Sequence record: NC_041975.1
Reading direction: 5' to 3' (one strand)
Length of the DNA: 64,000 nt
The notes beneath the pieces are model-generated. The model was not told where the DNA came from, did no database searches, and was given only the letters and a program-made list of their open reading frames with translations. The translations under genes were made by a program, and so were the position numbers. Position 1 is the stretch's first letter. Every line of letters begins with the position of its first letter. Shown here in pieces: positions 62,801-64,000 of this stretch.

Positions 62801-64000
62801 CACGCTTCCAGTGCTGAAACCCCGGCTGTGACAATCCCGCCGCCTTTAACCAGTAGCTTCAGGTTACCGGCAACACCACGACCCAGCATACCGCCTGTAC
62901 GACCAACGATACCCCTACCCAGACCACGAACACCCCGGGCAGCTTTGCCGGCTAAGCGACTGATCAACCCACCACGTGGACGAGGGCCACCGCCTCCGCC
63001 AGCACCACCGCGATTACGACGACCACCCCGACGCCTGCGACGCCTGCGACCGCCTTCCTCTTCACCGCCCTCATCATCACCGAGCGCATCGCTGAGTTCG
63101 TCCATGACACCTTTGCCGCCGGAGATCACACTACCGATCCCTTTGACAATATCGCCGATCCAACCCAGTCCTAAGAACTTGGCCAGTCCGCCGAGGATAC
63201 CGAACTCCTTGATACCGGAGACCAGACCAGTAACGGAGGAGAACAGCCCTGCCACCAATCCAAACAGTGTGGTGGGTTTCTCCTTGTCTTTGGCGTGGTC
63301 ATCAGAGTCATGTGCGTGTTGGGCTTCTTCACGTTCTTTCTTCTGTTGAGCACGGCGACGAATCAGATCAGCAACCGAGTTATTGCGTACACCATCATGA
63401 TCCGGGTCACTGGCATCTTCCCGTTTCTTATCACGCAACATCCGCCATAAGCCACGAGTCGCTTTGAACCCTAATACTGCCGGCATGACGGTAGTCCACT
63501 TCGCAACGGTCAAGACAGGGCTGTTGATGTTCGGTAAGCTTTTGAAGACTTTACGAATCAACCCAGATGACTTGCCTTGGTTACTCATCCGACCCGACAG
63601 TTTACGCAACCAACCCTGACGCTCATTCACCGAATCCTTCATAATGTCAGGATCACCGGTCACTTGCGCAATGGTGGCATCTTTGGTTGCTGTTACGCTA
63701 TCGCGCACAGAAGCCAAGACACCGATGGTTTCACGCAGCAAGGCATTGTTATCAAGTTGGGCCTGTACAATCGCTGCCGTCTCTGAGGCACTGCCCGCAT
63801 CTGGAGCAGTAATCCCTTCAGAAGGTAAGCGAGTGCGTGACGCCCGATCCGCCGTACCGTCATTGAACACACCAGAGGAGCGTACGACTTCTGCTTCCTG
63901 AGCAATCTCTGACGCTGCCTCTTCTACAGCTTGACGACCAAAGCGACGTTGCAGTTCGGTGGTGGCATTACGCAACGCTTCCTTACCACTGGACGCTGCA
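59857..64000 (-). CDS. Giant tail tape-measure/ejection protein with GH19 peptidoglycan hydrolase domain (5' end outside the window)
   Basis: Frame open to the window edge; AQTHLESGGF..LEENL.Y, GDGWKYRGRGFMQLTGKANY, AAKSALWYW; glycine-zipper helices. Confidence 0.8.
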   Translation of the reverse strand, partial: AASSGKEALRNATTELQRRFGRQAVEEAASEIAQEAEVVRSSGVFNDGTADRASRTRLPSEGITAPDAGSASETAAIVQAQLDNNALLRETIGVLASVRDSVTATKDATIAQVTGDPDIMKDSVNERQGWLRKLSGRMSNQGKSSGLIRKVFKSLPNINSPVLTVAKWTTVMPAVLGFKATRGLWRMLRDKKREDASDPDHDGVRNNSVADLIRRRAQQKKEREEAQHAHDSDDHAKDKEKPTTLFGLVAGLFSSVTGLVSGIKEFGILGGLAKFLGLGWIGDIVKGIGSVISGGKGVMDELSDALGDDEGGEEEGGRRRRRRRGGRRNRGGAGGGGGPRPRGGLISRLAGKAARGVRGLGRGIVGRTGGMLGRGVAGNLKLLVKGGGIVTAGVSALEAWDSYKAGDNAGMAEAAGSGVGGILGGAAMGAAIGSVVPVVGTAIGAIAGGAIGALGGGAIGRSLYTWFNDPGLLQQMRLRQYGVPDNDSSHVSAILKLEAALEPYVKTTDDGYASLDPKAPIAQLGSLFVDDPNDREQVEQFAGWFLHRFKPVYLTHKAVAKQVLPSQAFMDLDKSTDEAAKYEIAKRAQQFDESSDHPYMFTGRIFPDLNATDRKQTEALVKDVLDRLRNKAQKMTTGKSASVFATGMDKVASSRELSSDMVKAINPNGDIPELKTVGHKESSWFTGDRTVVSAGDLLGGLLPKAGQPMDDLTALRMKVYGLPTLDVDRVSTLLQLELVMANKIKFADNGATFDGKASDIYRVVAASFGLSPSNQWSYKSWEPWFTRRFLPAYLAFASTVYTQTGDSRPTLAVPKMPPELKFAAATAMTNAKYSDGVNAISVWTIKTSPWSTGELNDDASVVQNHLNNLKAQVKQAQYSAEAVKGGVQQRADGTTEKDWRKDSSGNMVNNQVKTSTGQVYTSQRQVTTYNPETGRIETAYGGGAAGGAAGAGGGIDNTGKVGPIKLGPGAEEGARILIREAMKSGITDKQELAMLLAQTHLESGGFSKLEENLRYKAETLMRLWPNRFPTLAAAQQLATAGPVAIANSIYGGRMGNDKPGDGWKYRGRGFMQLTGKANYAAASKGLGVDLVSDPDKLSTDPTMAAKSALWYWKSRNGIEEAAKKGDLNTVTKLVNGGTHGLAERGQLFKQYTDLMGTGKFDDILSGKDQSAGPQGDAAEDNQAQTLASGQAQSGPSTPALSGAKTAAELTAPGASAANAVAPPPGQGDAPALKSTSGPSVAAAVSAGSSTPNAKDSTASAIDKQAAADASTPTPTTPTLNTPPRMQPTQGQVPNAPQVTTVAPAPAPVPVLPKESAAAISGSKDHLANIDNNMNSLVEIMKQFIAVQTQMLNKPAPAAPQAPASGAGTPPVSFARKYGNG

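Noticed and set aside
1-64000. Prophage or bacterial chromosome origin
   Set aside because: No integrase, att site or host housekeeping synteny. The split RNAP subunit, UvsX and phage-specific promoters indicate a lytic jumbo phage.

Overview
64 kb segment of a phiKZ-related (Chimalliviridae-type) jumbo phage, about 50% GC, densely coding and mostly on the + strand. The host is probably enterobacterial (Erwinia/Pantoea-like), judged from an EPS depolymerase and a YgiB homologue. Gene order resembles, from memory and not verified, Agricanvirus (Erwinia phage RAY/Ea35-70 type). The left two-thirds is accessory and nucleotide-metabolism genes: HD hydrolase, depolymerase, KptA/Tpt1, NrdB plus an HNH homing endonuclease, YgiB, HigA-like HTH, MazG-like, thymidine kinase, HslU-like AAA+, DHFR fusion and a Lar-like zinc finger. 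The right third is conserved core: SNF2 helicase, RNase H, UvsX/RecA, virion RNAP beta C-terminal subunit, virion proteins and a giant tail protein with a GH19 domain that is cut by the window edge. Best observations: (1) an HNH cassette inserted into the 3' end of nrdB that supplies a recoded replacement C-terminus and strands the original 25 codons plus terminator downstream; (2) an unannotated 47-aa ORF that looks like a free-standing RNR alpha-subunit CxxC redox tail; (3) a SLOG / DarG-like macrodomain / NADAR-like+SLOG cluster next to uvsX; (4) a probable catalytically dead prohead-protease paralogue and two Cys-His-Asp papain-fold paralogues; (5) a 9-copy early-promoter motif and a hairpin+TTATGC terminator signature. 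No tRNA, rRNA, CRISPR array or integrase was seen. All family calls come from motif recognition by eye; no searches were run.
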